From: a bacterium | GTDB lineage: Bacteria > UBA8248 > JACPRG01 > G963555815 | Direction: 5' to 3' | NCBI GenBank assembly: GCA_965261595.1 | Contig: CBDHDG010000002.1 | Coordinates: forward strand, 32,001-96,000 | Length of the DNA stretch: 64,000 bases | Shown here: piece by piece, positions 20,088 to 28,977 of the stretch | Layout: every line of letters starts with the position of its first letter | Position numbering within the stretch: position 1 is the stretch's first letter | Program-made: the position numbers and the translations under genes | Notes under the pieces: generated by a model | Told to the model about the DNA's origin: nothing | The model's database searches: none | What the model saw: only the letters and a program-made list of their open reading frames with translations

Positions 20088-21457
20088 TGGCCGCCCGTGT
20101 GCACAGCGAATCCGCGCGGCGCATCAGCGGTTGCGTGACCGCCTTGCTGCGCGAGCAGCCCTTCTTCGGCAGCCTCGCCTTGAGGCTGCCGATCCGCGCC
20201 GATGCCAGCCGCGAGACCGTGGCCAGCGACGGGCGGGAGATCCGCTATTCGCCCCGGTGGATCGCCGACACCGATGCCCATGTCATCGAGACCGCCATGG
20301 CAAGGATCGTCCTGGCGTGCGCGCTGAAGCACCACACGCGCCGGGGTGAGCGCGATCCGGAGCGCTGGCAGTGCGCCTCCCAGCTGGTGACCCACGGTTT
20401 GCTGAGGGACGCCGGTTTCACCCTGCCACCCGACGCCGAAGCCTGGGACGGCATCAGCGTCGAGCAGGCCTATGACCGCCTGCCGGCGCCGGACCCCGAC
20501 GACGGCGACGGCGACGGCAACGCGCCGTCCGGCGCCGGAGACGCCGGCGCGCCAGATTCGTCACCATCAACTGACTCCGGCGGTGACGATAATTCCGGCG
20601 GGTCCGATGACGGGCCTGGCGACGGGTCGGGCAAAGCGTCGGACAATGGCGATCCGCAGGACGGCGACGGCCAGGATACGGGCCCCGGGGCCGACGCCCT
20701 GCCGAGCCGCGATCCCGCCGGCACCGGCGAGGTCATGGACGCACCCGCCGGTGCCGGGCAGGGCGGCGCCGACCCGTCCCCAGCCGAGATTGCCGAAGAG
20801 GAGCAGGCCTGGGACGAGGCCATGCACCAGGCGGCCAGCCTAGCCAAGGCCCAGGGCAGGATGCCGGGCGCCGTCGAAGAGACGGTCCGGGGCGCCCACG
20901 TCAGCACCGTCGACTGGCGGTCGCTCTTGCGCCGCTACATGACGGACGCCTCGAAGAGCGACTATTCCTGGAGCCTGCCCAACCGGCGCTTCATCGACAG
21001 CGGGTTGTATTTGCCGTCGATCCGCTCGGAGGGCATCGATACGATCGCCGTCATCGTCGACACCTCGGGCTCGCTGCCGGCCAGGACGCTGGCGGAGTTC
21101 TGGGCCGAGGTGCGGGAGGTCACGGCGGAGCTTCAGCCGGAGCGCGTCATCCTTCTGCAGGTCGACGCCGCGGTGCAGGACGCGGCCGAATACGCCGCCG
21201 CCGACCTGCCCGACGAAATCGCGATCAGGGGCCGTGGCGGCACCGACTTCCGTCCGGGCTTTGCCTGGCTCGAAGAGCACGACATCCAGCCCGGCGTCTA
21301 CCTCTACCTCACCGACATGCTGTGTTCGAGCTACCCGGAGGACGAGCCAAGCTTCCCTGTCGTGTGGGTAAATTATGCCCCACCGCCCGGCGACTGGAAC
21401 CGCGAACCCTGGGACGAGCGCATCGACATCGGAACCTCTTCGGGGGCTGCGTCGTGA
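20084..21457 (+). CDS. DUF2201-type metallopeptidase-like plus vWA protein (peptidase motif degenerate)
   Basis: PFFGSL, HHTRRGERDP, D/G-rich linker, PNRR, MIDAS DTSGS, GRGGTDFRP, YLTD. Confidence 0.88.
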   Translation: MMAARVHSESARRISGCVTALLREQPFFGSLALRLPIRADASRETVASDGREIRYSPRWIADTDAHVIETAMARIVLACALKHHTRRGERDPERWQCASQLVTHGLLRDAGFTLPPDAEAWDGISVEQAYDRLPAPDPDDGDGDGNAPSGAGDAGAPDSSPSTDSGGDDNSGGSDDGPGDGSGKASDNGDPQDGDGQDTGPGADALPSRDPAGTGEVMDAPAGAGQGGADPSPAEIAEEEQAWDEAMHQAASLAKAQGRMPGAVEETVRGAHVSTVDWRSLLRRYMTDASKSDYSWSLPNRRFIDSGLYLPSIRSEGIDTIAVIVDTSGSLPARTLAEFWAEVREVTAELQPERVILLQVDAAVQDAAEYAAADLPDEIAIRGRGGTDFRPGFAWLEEHDIQPGVYLYLTDMLCSSYPEDEPSFPVVWVNYAPPPGDWNREPWDERIDIGTSSGAAS

Positions 21458-21678
21458 GCCGGGCGATATACGGTGCCCCAGCCGAGGCGCTCAGGCAGGC
21501 ACTCGACGCCCTGGCCCGGCTCGCCTTCTGGATATCGTGTACCGCCGACTCCGATCTGCGTCCCGATATCCCGGTGAGCATCCGCAACATGCGCGAGGCG
21601 GCGGCCGCGCTCCGCAACGCCGCGGACGTTCTCGATCTGGCCACCGACCGTGCCCACTCACGGCCGCTCCCCCGCTGA
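21454..21678 (+). CDS. Small hypothetical protein
   Basis: GTGA overlap with the vWA gene stop; 74 aa, helical. Confidence 0.5.
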   Translation: MSRAIYGAPAEALRQALDALARLAFWISCTADSDLRPDIPVSIRNMREAAAALRNAADVLDLATDRAHSRPLPR

Positions 21679-21847
21679 CACCTCCGGGGACGGCCGCCGC
21701 CGTTCCGCCATCGCCGCCCATGCCCCGCAACAGCCCCGCCAGGAGCCGGAGCCGGGCCGGGTCCGGGCGGGGCGCGGGACGGCCGGAGAGGGCCGCCTCC
21801 GCCGCACCCGTTCCATCCTTTTCATCACGATATCGAGGGAGATTCGC

Positions 21848-24325
21848 ATGAATCACATCGCCCCCCTGCACGAACCGCTCATCCGGGAGGTTCCGCTGAG
21901 CCGGCTGGCGCTTGCGCCCGAGAACGTGCGCAAGACGCCGGCCGACCCGGTCGCCGAGGCCGAGATGAAGGCCTCCATTGCCACCCATGGCCTGCTGGAG
22001 AACCTGGTCGTTCGCATGGACGGACCGGCCGATGCCGGCGCCTATGCCGTGATCGCCGGCGGACGCCGCCTCGCGGCCATGAAGGCCTTGGCCGAGGACG
22101 GCACGATCGACGCCGACCACCCGGTGCCCTGCCTAGTCGCCGCCGATCCGGCGATGGCGGGCGAGCTGTCGCTGGCGGAGAACATCGTCCGCATCGCCAT
22201 GCATCCCGCCGATCAGGTGATCGCGTTCTCGAAGCTGGCCGACGCCGGCCTATCGGTGGGTTCCATCGCGGCGCGTTTCGGCACGGCCGAGCGCCTGGTC
22301 GAACAGCGCCTGCGCCTCGGCAACGTGGCGCCGGACCTGCTCGACGCCTACCGCGCCCACAAGATCGACCTCGAAGTGCTGAAAGCCTTCTCCGTCACGC
22401 CCGACCATGCCCGCCAGATGGCGGCCTGGGAACAGGTCGCGGGGCAGGGCTACCGGCCCAGCGCGTGGCAGGTGAAACGGTTGCTCACCGAGGAACGGAT
22501 TCCGGGCACCTCGGCGGTCGCGCGCTTCGTCGGCGTCGAGCCCTATGAGGCCGCCGGCGGCAAGGTGCTGCGCGATCTCTTCTCGAACGACGACGACAGC
22601 GCCGTCTGGTTCGACGACCCGGCGCTCCTGAACAATCTCGCCATGGAGAATCTCCGGGTCTTCAAGGACGAGCTCGAGACCCGCTGGAAGTGGGCCACGG
22701 CCATGGTCGAGGTCGACTGGAACACCACCGCCCGCTACGGGCGGATCTATCCCGAGCCGGCCGAGCGCACGCCGGAAGAGCAGGCCGAGATCGAGAAGCT
22801 GGAGGCACGCCAGGGCGTCCTCGCGGAGCTCGACGACGATGCCTGGACCGAGGAGCTGGTCCGCGAGGCCGAGACCATCGAGGAACGCCTCGACGAGATC
22901 GAGGGCGGGATCGAGGCCCGCGCCGTCTACAGGCGCGAGGATTTCGGGATCGCCGGCTGCATCGCCACCATCGGACGCGACGGCACGCTCCAGGTCATCC
23001 ATGGCCTGGTCCGGCCCGAGGACATGCCGAAGGAACCGGAAGCCGCCGGAAACACCGGTGCCAGATCTGGTGACGGCAATGACGGCGACAGCCATACCGC
23101 CGAAGCCGGGACCGGAACCGATGCCGGCCACATCTCCGTCCCGGCAATGTCCGAGCCCATGAACCTGCCGAAGGACCGCGAGGCCGAGGCGCGCAAGGAA
23201 GCGGGCGTCGGCATCGGACTTGCCGACGATCTGCGGTCGATCCGGACAGCGCTCGTCAAGGCGAAGCTCGCCGGGGACTTCGAGGCCGCCTTCGACCTCA
23301 TGCTGTTCCAGCTCGGCCGGTCCGTCTTCACCGACGGATACAAGGCGCACGCGCTCGACATCGCGGTCCGCGAGACCGCCGATCGGCCGACCATGCGCAT
23401 GAACGACGCCGACTTCGCCGCCTGGAGCCCCGGCGAGGCCATGCTGGAGGACCGCTCCGGTCTCAGCTTCGACTGGCTGGAGATCGAGGACGACGGCGAA
23501 TCCTTCGCGGCGCTGCGCGCGCTTTCGCAGGCCGACAAGCAGGCGCTGTTCGCCGCCTGCGTCGCGCGCACGGTGAAGGGGCAGCTCGCCTTCGAGCCCT
23601 TGGCACGCCCGGAACTGGAGGTCACGGTCGCCCGGCTCGATATCGACTTCGCCAGCCATGTGCGCCCCACGGCGGACATGCTGTGGTCGCGGATCAACAA
23701 GGGTCGGATTCTCGACATCGCCCGCTCGGTGCTGAGCCCGGCCTGGGCCTCGGCGCGGTCGAAGAACAAGAAGCCCGATCTCGCCAAGGCGATGGAGAAG
23801 GCCTTCGCGGCCGGCGATCCGCCGCTCGGGCTACATGCCGACGACCATGCGGCGGCGCTCGCCTGGATGCCGCCGGGTTTCGCGGCGTTCGATACCGGCC
23901 GCGTGGAGGACGAGCCGGAAGACGCCGCGGCGGCGGAACCGGCGGCGGAGGCATCCGGTCCCGACCCCGAACCCGTTGCCGGCCCCGCCGCCGATGCGGG
24001 GAGCCCGGAGACGCCCGCCGATCCGCCGCGCACGAACTCCGTGGTCGAGAGCGTCGAGGCGCCGGCGGTCGCCGAACGCCGGGCCGCCGAACGTGCCACC
24101 GGCAACGGTCATGCCACGCCGGCTGCTCCGGAGACCGATTCCGCCGCCGGCGACCACGGGAGCGATGCCAGGGTGGACGGTCCCGAGTCCGGAGCCTCCG
24201 AACCGGCCAAGCCGGCGGATATCGCCGCCCGCCATCCCGGACCGGTGAACGGCCACGATGCCGGCGACGGGCTCGACATTCCCGAGTTCCTGCGCCGCGT
24301 ACCGGGGCATTCCGCCGTCAACTGA
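21848..24325 (+). CDS. parB: Long ParB/RepB/Spo0J-family protein with disordered tail
   Basis: ENVRK, HGLLENLVV, AGGRRLAA, SLAEN, HPADQ, HTH (IAARFG...VEQRLRL); GAGGGAG RBS. Confidence 0.9.
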   Translation: MNHIAPLHEPLIREVPLSRLALAPENVRKTPADPVAEAEMKASIATHGLLENLVVRMDGPADAGAYAVIAGGRRLAAMKALAEDGTIDADHPVPCLVAADPAMAGELSLAENIVRIAMHPADQVIAFSKLADAGLSVGSIAARFGTAERLVEQRLRLGNVAPDLLDAYRAHKIDLEVLKAFSVTPDHARQMAAWEQVAGQGYRPSAWQVKRLLTEERIPGTSAVARFVGVEPYEAAGGKVLRDLFSNDDDSAVWFDDPALLNNLAMENLRVFKDELETRWKWATAMVEVDWNTTARYGRIYPEPAERTPEEQAEIEKLEARQGVLAELDDDAWTEELVREAETIEERLDEIEGGIEARAVYRREDFGIAGCIATIGRDGTLQVIHGLVRPEDMPKEPEAAGNTGARSGDGNDGDSHTAEAGTGTDAGHISVPAMSEPMNLPKDREAEARKEAGVGIGLADDLRSIRTALVKAKLAGDFEAAFDLMLFQLGRSVFTDGYKAHALDIAVRETADRPTMRMNDADFAAWSPGEAMLEDRSGLSFDWLEIEDDGESFAALRALSQADKQALFAACVARTVKGQLAFEPLARPELEVTVARLDIDFASHVRPTADMLWSRINKGRILDIARSVLSPAWASARSKNKKPDLAKAMEKAFAAGDPPLGLHADDHAAALAWMPPGFAAFDTGRVEDEPEDAAAAEPAAEASGPDPEPVAGPAADAGSPETPADPPRTNSVVESVEAPAVAERRAAERATGNGHATPAAPETDSAAGDHGSDARVDGPESGASEPAKPADIAARHPGPVNGHDAGDGLDIPEFLRRVPGHSAVN

Positions 24326-24411
24326 CCGCACGCCACGGTCCTTCATGCGCCCCGCCGGACCGCCGTCCGGCGGGGCGTTTCCGTTTCCGCATCCTTCGGG
24401 GAGCTCCCTGC

Positions 24412-26196
24412 ATGAACCAGATTGCCAGAACGCCGCCGGCGAATATCCGCGCCCGCATCCACGACAACGCGTTGAAGCGCGTCACGAGGGTTTACGCATC
24501 GACGCTCGCCGACGTGCTGACCGAGACGTTGCAGAATTCACGCCGCGGCGGCGCTACCGGGGTCCGCATCTCCGTCGGCACGCTTACCGACCAGCTTGGC
24601 GGCGAAACGCGTTTCACCGTCACCATCGCCGACGACGGAACCGGCATCGCCGATCCCGCCGTCCTGCTGAGCTTCGGCGAGAATGGCTGGTCCGACGACC
24701 TCGTCCGCCGCGAGGACGCCGCCGGCTTCGGTTTCGCGAGCCTGTCGCGCCGCGGCTGCACGGTCGCCTCGCGGCCGCGTTCGCCGGACGGCCATACCTT
24801 GCCCGGCTGGCGGGTCGATCTCGCCCCGGAACATTTCCTGGGTGAGGCGGAGGCCGAGGTTCACGCCGATGACAGCGCGCCGTTCCCTCATGGCACGTCG
24901 ATATCGTTCGAAGCCACCGAATCCGCCGCCGCGATCCGCAATGCGGCCGTGAACGCCGCACGCCACTATCCGTTGCCCGTCATGTTCGACGGGATTCCCC
25001 GCACCGAGCCCGGCGGGGAACAGCTCGACCGCCGGGCCTTCCTCGACGGCGCGATCCATGCCGAGCCGTGGCGCGGCCTCGCCTTCGGCGTCTTCCGGAA
25101 CCGCCATCGCGGCTACAACGACCCCGATCTCAATTTCTTCGGCCTCACCGTGCCGCTCAGCCTGCCCACGGTCGAGAGCGTCCATGGCGGCATCTGGAGC
25201 GTTCGCGCCGATATCGGCGACTGCCCCGATCTGGAACTGGTGCTGCCTGCGCGCAAGGAAGCCGTCGAGAACGATTTCCTGAAGGAGATGCGGAGTGCCG
25301 CCCGGCTTGCCATCTACCGCGCCATGGCTGCCGATCCCGAACCGCGTCCCGCATACGCCGACTGGAAGAGCGCGCGGGACGCCGGCATCGACATGGCGCC
25401 GCCGCCGGCCGTCCTGCGGCCCTGGCGCCCCGGCGTCGCCGATGTCGACGACTGGCGCGAGCCGCCCAAGCTCGCCGCAGCCGTCCGCGAGCCGCTGGTC
25501 ATGGCCTGCGATCCGGAACCGCCCGAGGCGCAAGCGCTCTGGCGCGCCGCCGAACGCGCCGGCATCGCATCCCGCCTGTTCGAGGCCGACCGGCGGCTCG
25601 ACGGGTATGACTGGCATGACGAGATCCATCGGATTACCGGCATCGAAACCGAGATTGCCGCTGAAGTCGCCACCGCGGTCGCCGCAGAGGCGGCTTGGCT
25701 GCCGCTCGACGATTTCCCGCTGCCTGAGCGGGCCGGTGCGCCTGCGGCGCCTTTGCCCGGACGTCCGCAAGCCATCCGTATGACCCTTGCCGTCACGCCC
25801 GCGCGCGGGCCGGGCCGGACACTCGATCTCCCGGCCGATCTCGTGTTCGCGGGCGAGGCCTGGTCCTGGGTCGCCGAGGCCCTGCCGCTGGTGACCGGCG
25901 ACAGCGACTTGCAGCCGCACCAGCTCGCGGAGCTTCTGCGCGCCGGCTTCTTTTCGCCGTCGGACGATGCGGATTCGGACTCCTGGGAGACCCAGCGCGA
26001 CCGCTTCGACCAGGAAGCCTCGCATATAGCCATGAGGCTGCTCGCGTCCGATGACGAGGCCAGAATCGCCTCGATCGCCGAGGCGGTGCGGCGCGAGCTG
26101 TTCTGGCTCGTGCCCCGGGACCGGCCCGTGGAGATTTCCATTTGCCGGCCCGAGGTCCGGGTCACCCTTCGCGATGCCTTGGAGGACGCGTCATGA
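24412..26196 (+). CDS. GHKL (HATPase_c-like) ATP-binding protein
   Basis: ETLQNSRR (N box), DDGTG (G1), AGFGF (G2), HGT; GGGGAG RBS. Confidence 0.82.
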   Translation: MNQIARTPPANIRARIHDNALKRVTRVYASTLADVLTETLQNSRRGGATGVRISVGTLTDQLGGETRFTVTIADDGTGIADPAVLLSFGENGWSDDLVRREDAAGFGFASLSRRGCTVASRPRSPDGHTLPGWRVDLAPEHFLGEAEAEVHADDSAPFPHGTSISFEATESAAAIRNAAVNAARHYPLPVMFDGIPRTEPGGEQLDRRAFLDGAIHAEPWRGLAFGVFRNRHRGYNDPDLNFFGLTVPLSLPTVESVHGGIWSVRADIGDCPDLELVLPARKEAVENDFLKEMRSAARLAIYRAMAADPEPRPAYADWKSARDAGIDMAPPPAVLRPWRPGVADVDDWREPPKLAAAVREPLVMACDPEPPEAQALWRAAERAGIASRLFEADRRLDGYDWHDEIHRITGIETEIAAEVATAVAAEAAWLPLDDFPLPERAGAPAAPLPGRPQAIRMTLAVTPARGPGRTLDLPADLVFAGEAWSWVAEALPLVTGDSDLQPHQLAELLRAGFFSPSDDADSDSWETQRDRFDQEASHIAMRLLASDDEARIASIAEAVRRELFWLVPRDRPVEISICRPEVRVTLRDALEDAS

Positions 26197-26663
26197 GCCG
26201 GCACTTCACGATTCAGTGCTCGTATTCAAGCCACCATGCCAACACCGTCACCGTCGAGGCGGACACCCTCGAAGAGGCCCTCGAAGCCGCCAACGAAGAC
26301 CCTGACGGCTGGCGCTCGACCGATCATGTCAGTGACACGGTCATCGATGCGGTTTGCGAGGGCGCCGATTGCGACCCATGGGGCGAGGGCGCGCTGCCGG
26401 TGCCCGACCGATTCATGGAGCGCGGCGAGCCGCCGGTGGTAACGCTGACCGACCCCGGCCGGCCCGGCGGCGGCGTCGAGGTCTCCGGCGGCCGGGTGCT
26501 CCTCCGCTTCAGGGCCGATGCCGGCACGGTCACGTCGGAGTTGTGCGATCCGCCGCATCCGCCCGGCAACAAACCGCTCGTCACCGTGTCCGTCGGACCC
26601 GACGGCAAACCCCTGGTCAAGCTCGAGGGCGGCAAGGCCGGAATTCGCATTCTGGACAGCTGA
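26193..26663 (+). CDS. Hypothetical protein
   Basis: ATGA overlap with the GHKL gene; GGAGG RBS; 156 aa. Confidence 0.7.
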   Translation: MSRHFTIQCSYSSHHANTVTVEADTLEEALEAANEDPDGWRSTDHVSDTVIDAVCEGADCDPWGEGALPVPDRFMERGEPPVVTLTDPGRPGGGVEVSGGRVLLRFRADAGTVTSELCDPPHPPGNKPLVTVSVGPDGKPLVKLEGGKAGIRILDS

Positions 26664-26823
26664 TCCGGTCGCCGGCCTGGCGCCCTCCGCAATCCATCCA
26701 TCCCGAACATCCGTCCCGCGCCATCCGGAGCCGGGCCCGGCCCTGTCCGGTTGCCGGGCGGCCGGGCCGCGGGAGTGTCCCGGTCTTCCGCGACCGCGCT
26801 TTCAGCAACAAGAGACCCCGCCC

Positions 26824-27063
26824 ATGACCCTCGCCACCGACCATATCCCGCAGACCGCGCCGGTTCCGCGTACCGCCGCCGTCGAAGCCGCACCGGCGCA
26901 ACCCACCGACCAGACCCAGAAGCGGGCCATCGCCGATGCCGTCTGGACCGATCTCCTCTGGCTCATGCCGCCCGACCGCACGGTCACCGTCACCGTCCGC
27001 GGCGGCAACGTTTCGGTCGAGCTCGGCCCGCCGGACCGGGCGGCGTTTCCCGCATCCCACTGA
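26824..27063 (+). CDS. Small protein homologous to the C-terminus of the GHKL protein
   Basis: IADAVWTDLLWLMPPDRTV aligns with IAEAVRRELFWLVPRDRPV. Confidence 0.65.
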   Translation: MTLATDHIPQTAPVPRTAAVEAAPAQPTDQTQKRAIADAVWTDLLWLMPPDRTVTVTVRGGNVSVELGPPDRAAFPASH

Positions 27064-27077
27064 CCGGAGGCCGCACT

Positions 27078-27473
27078 ATGGAACTCGTCACCCCCGAACT
27101 CCGGGAGAAGCTGCTCGCCAACGGCAAGAAACGCGATTGCGATCATGTCCCGGTGGCCCGATGGTTCAACCCGGCCGGCGCGGGAACCTGGCTCGTGAGC
27201 GAGCTGGATCCCGAAGACCCGGACATCGCCCATTGCCTCGCAGATCTCGGAATGGGCTGCCCCGAGATCGGCAGCGTCAGGGTTTCCGAGCTTGAAGCCT
27301 TCCAGGGACCGTTCGGCCTCGGCATCGAGCGCGACCTCTGGTTCAACGCCCGGGGCGTCCCGCTTTCCACCTACGCCGAGGCGGCAAGGTGTGCCGGCCA
27401 TATCGTCGAATTCGGACCTGAAATCGACGCTGCCGCCGCCCGTACTGCCGGGACCGCCGCATCCCCCTCCTGA
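27078..27473 (+). CDS. DUF2958-family protein
   Basis: LLANG...PVARWFNP...TWLVSELDP...DLGMGCPEIGSV...GLGIERDLWF; GGAGG RBS. Confidence 0.88.
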   Translation: MELVTPELREKLLANGKKRDCDHVPVARWFNPAGAGTWLVSELDPEDPDIAHCLADLGMGCPEIGSVRVSELEAFQGPFGLGIERDLWFNARGVPLSTYAEAARCAGHIVEFGPEIDAAAARTAGTAASPS

Positions 27474-27489
27474 GTGCGCCGGTCCTGTC

Positions 27490-27532
27490 CGCGCCCCGTC
27501 CCGTCCTGTCCCGGGGCGGGGCGCTTTCTGTT
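27490..27532 (+). terminator. GC-rich hairpin followed by TTTCTGTT
   Basis: GCGCCCCGTCCC...GGGGCGGGGCGC-TTTCT. A similar hairpin follows parB (about 24347-24385). Confidence 0.5.
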
Positions 27533-27556
27533 CCTCCGGATCGCGGAGTCCCCATC

Positions 27557-27895
27557 ATGCCCGATATCCAGACCGCGGTCCCGGCCGCGCCCGCCGGCCC
27601 GCCGCCGGCCCTGCACCCGATGGACCCGCGGCGGGGCGAACAGCTCTCGCCCATGTTCGCGGCGTTCCTCGCCTGGCTGCTCGATCTGGAACCCATGACC
27701 GACCCGGCCATCGCCGGCATCTGCATTGCCGGCAATTCCGTCCTGGCGGCCACCACCGACAACCCGCTGTTCGACGCCCATCTCGGCAGCCTCGCCGATT
27801 TCGAGCGCAATCTGCGCGGCTGGGGCGAGGCGTGCGGCGCCGAGCCGGCCATGGTGGCGGGCCTCGTCGCCAGGCTCCGGAGGGCGGGCCGATGA
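27557..27895 (+). CDS. Hypothetical protein
   Basis: 112 aa, GGAG RBS, high GC3, co-oriented with neighbours. Confidence 0.65.
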   Translation: MPDIQTAVPAAPAGPPPALHPMDPRRGEQLSPMFAAFLAWLLDLEPMTDPAIAGICIAGNSVLAATTDNPLFDAHLGSLADFERNLRGWGEACGAEPAMVAGLVARLRRAGR

Positions 27896-28046
27896 GCTTT
27901 CCCGATCTTCCGGCGAACGACTGCCGCCACCGGGCCGCCCTCGACATCGTCGATCCGGGCGCATCCAACCCGTACGAGCGCCGCATGGATGTCTCCCGCG
28001 CCCGCACCGCCGAGCGCCCGTATCCGCCAGCCGGGGAGGCCGCCGC

Positions 28047-28796
28047 ATGACCCCGCTCGATGGACCCCACACCGCCGCCGACGACATGCCCCTGTTCACG
28101 CCTGCCGCGGCGCCCTGCATCGCCGGCCGCCGGAACCGCCGCAACGGCCTCCGGGACCGGTTCCTGCGCGCCGGGCGCTACGCGGTCGACGATGCCGAGC
28201 TGCTTCAGCTCCTGCTGTCGGCGTCCCATTCCGCCGCCGACACACAGTCCCTCGCCAAGACCCTGCTGGATACGTTCGGTTCCCCCGGCCGGGTTCTCGC
28301 CGCGGGCACGGACCGGCTCCGCGCCATCGACGGACTCGGCGAGGCCGGCGTCTGCGCGATCAAGACCGCCGAGGCCCTCGGCATCCGCCTCGCTCGGGGC
28401 GAACTGCCGAAGCAGCTCAATCCGGCACTCCACAACTACGACAAGGCGGTCGAATATTGCCGCACGCTCACCGGGCACCGCCCGATCGAGGAATTTCATG
28501 TGTTGTTCCTCGATACCGCCAACAGGCTGATCCGCAGCGAATGCCATCAGATCGGCACGATCAACCATGCGCCGGCCTATCCCCGCGAGATCTGCCGCCG
28601 TGCCCTTGAGCTGCATTCCACGGCCGTACTTCTCTCGCACAATCACCCGTCGGGTAACGTCTTCCCGTCCAATTCCGACATCGAGATGACCGGGCGCATC
28701 CAGAAAGCGCTGAAGACGATCGACGTCACGCTGCACGACCATCTGATCGTCACCGCGCACGACGCGCTCGGCTTCAAGGCCAGGGGCCTCCTCTAG
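28047..28796 (+). CDS. radC: RadC-family JAB-domain protein
   Basis: DAELLQLLL, HhH region, EEFHVLFLD, YPREI, HNHPSG...PSNSD...DHLIV. Confidence 0.93.
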   Translation: MTPLDGPHTAADDMPLFTPAAAPCIAGRRNRRNGLRDRFLRAGRYAVDDAELLQLLLSASHSAADTQSLAKTLLDTFGSPGRVLAAGTDRLRAIDGLGEAGVCAIKTAEALGIRLARGELPKQLNPALHNYDKAVEYCRTLTGHRPIEEFHVLFLDTANRLIRSECHQIGTINHAPAYPREICRRALELHSTAVLLSHNHPSGNVFPSNSDIEMTGRIQKALKTIDVTLHDHLIVTAHDALGFKARGLL

Positions 28797-28977
28797 CCGG
28801 CCCCGCCGGCGCCAACGCGCGCCGGAACACCGCCACCATGTAATCCCTCACCCGTCCCGCTCCGGCCGCCATGAGGCCGGTCAGCCGGTGCCGCGACAGG
28901 CCGCCGGCGCGGCGCGGGAGCACGGGCTTCGCGCCGCCCGCCCGGCGCTTCCCCGCAATTCCAGCACGGAGATCTTC

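Noticed and set aside
18124..26196. Known defence systems such as Wadjet or BREX
   Set aside because: No SMC, PglZ or PglX-like genes; the context is a mobile-element leading region.
27892..28050. 52-aa ORF with ATGA overlaps at both ends
   Set aside because: Plausibly a real or truncated gene but too short to support a call.
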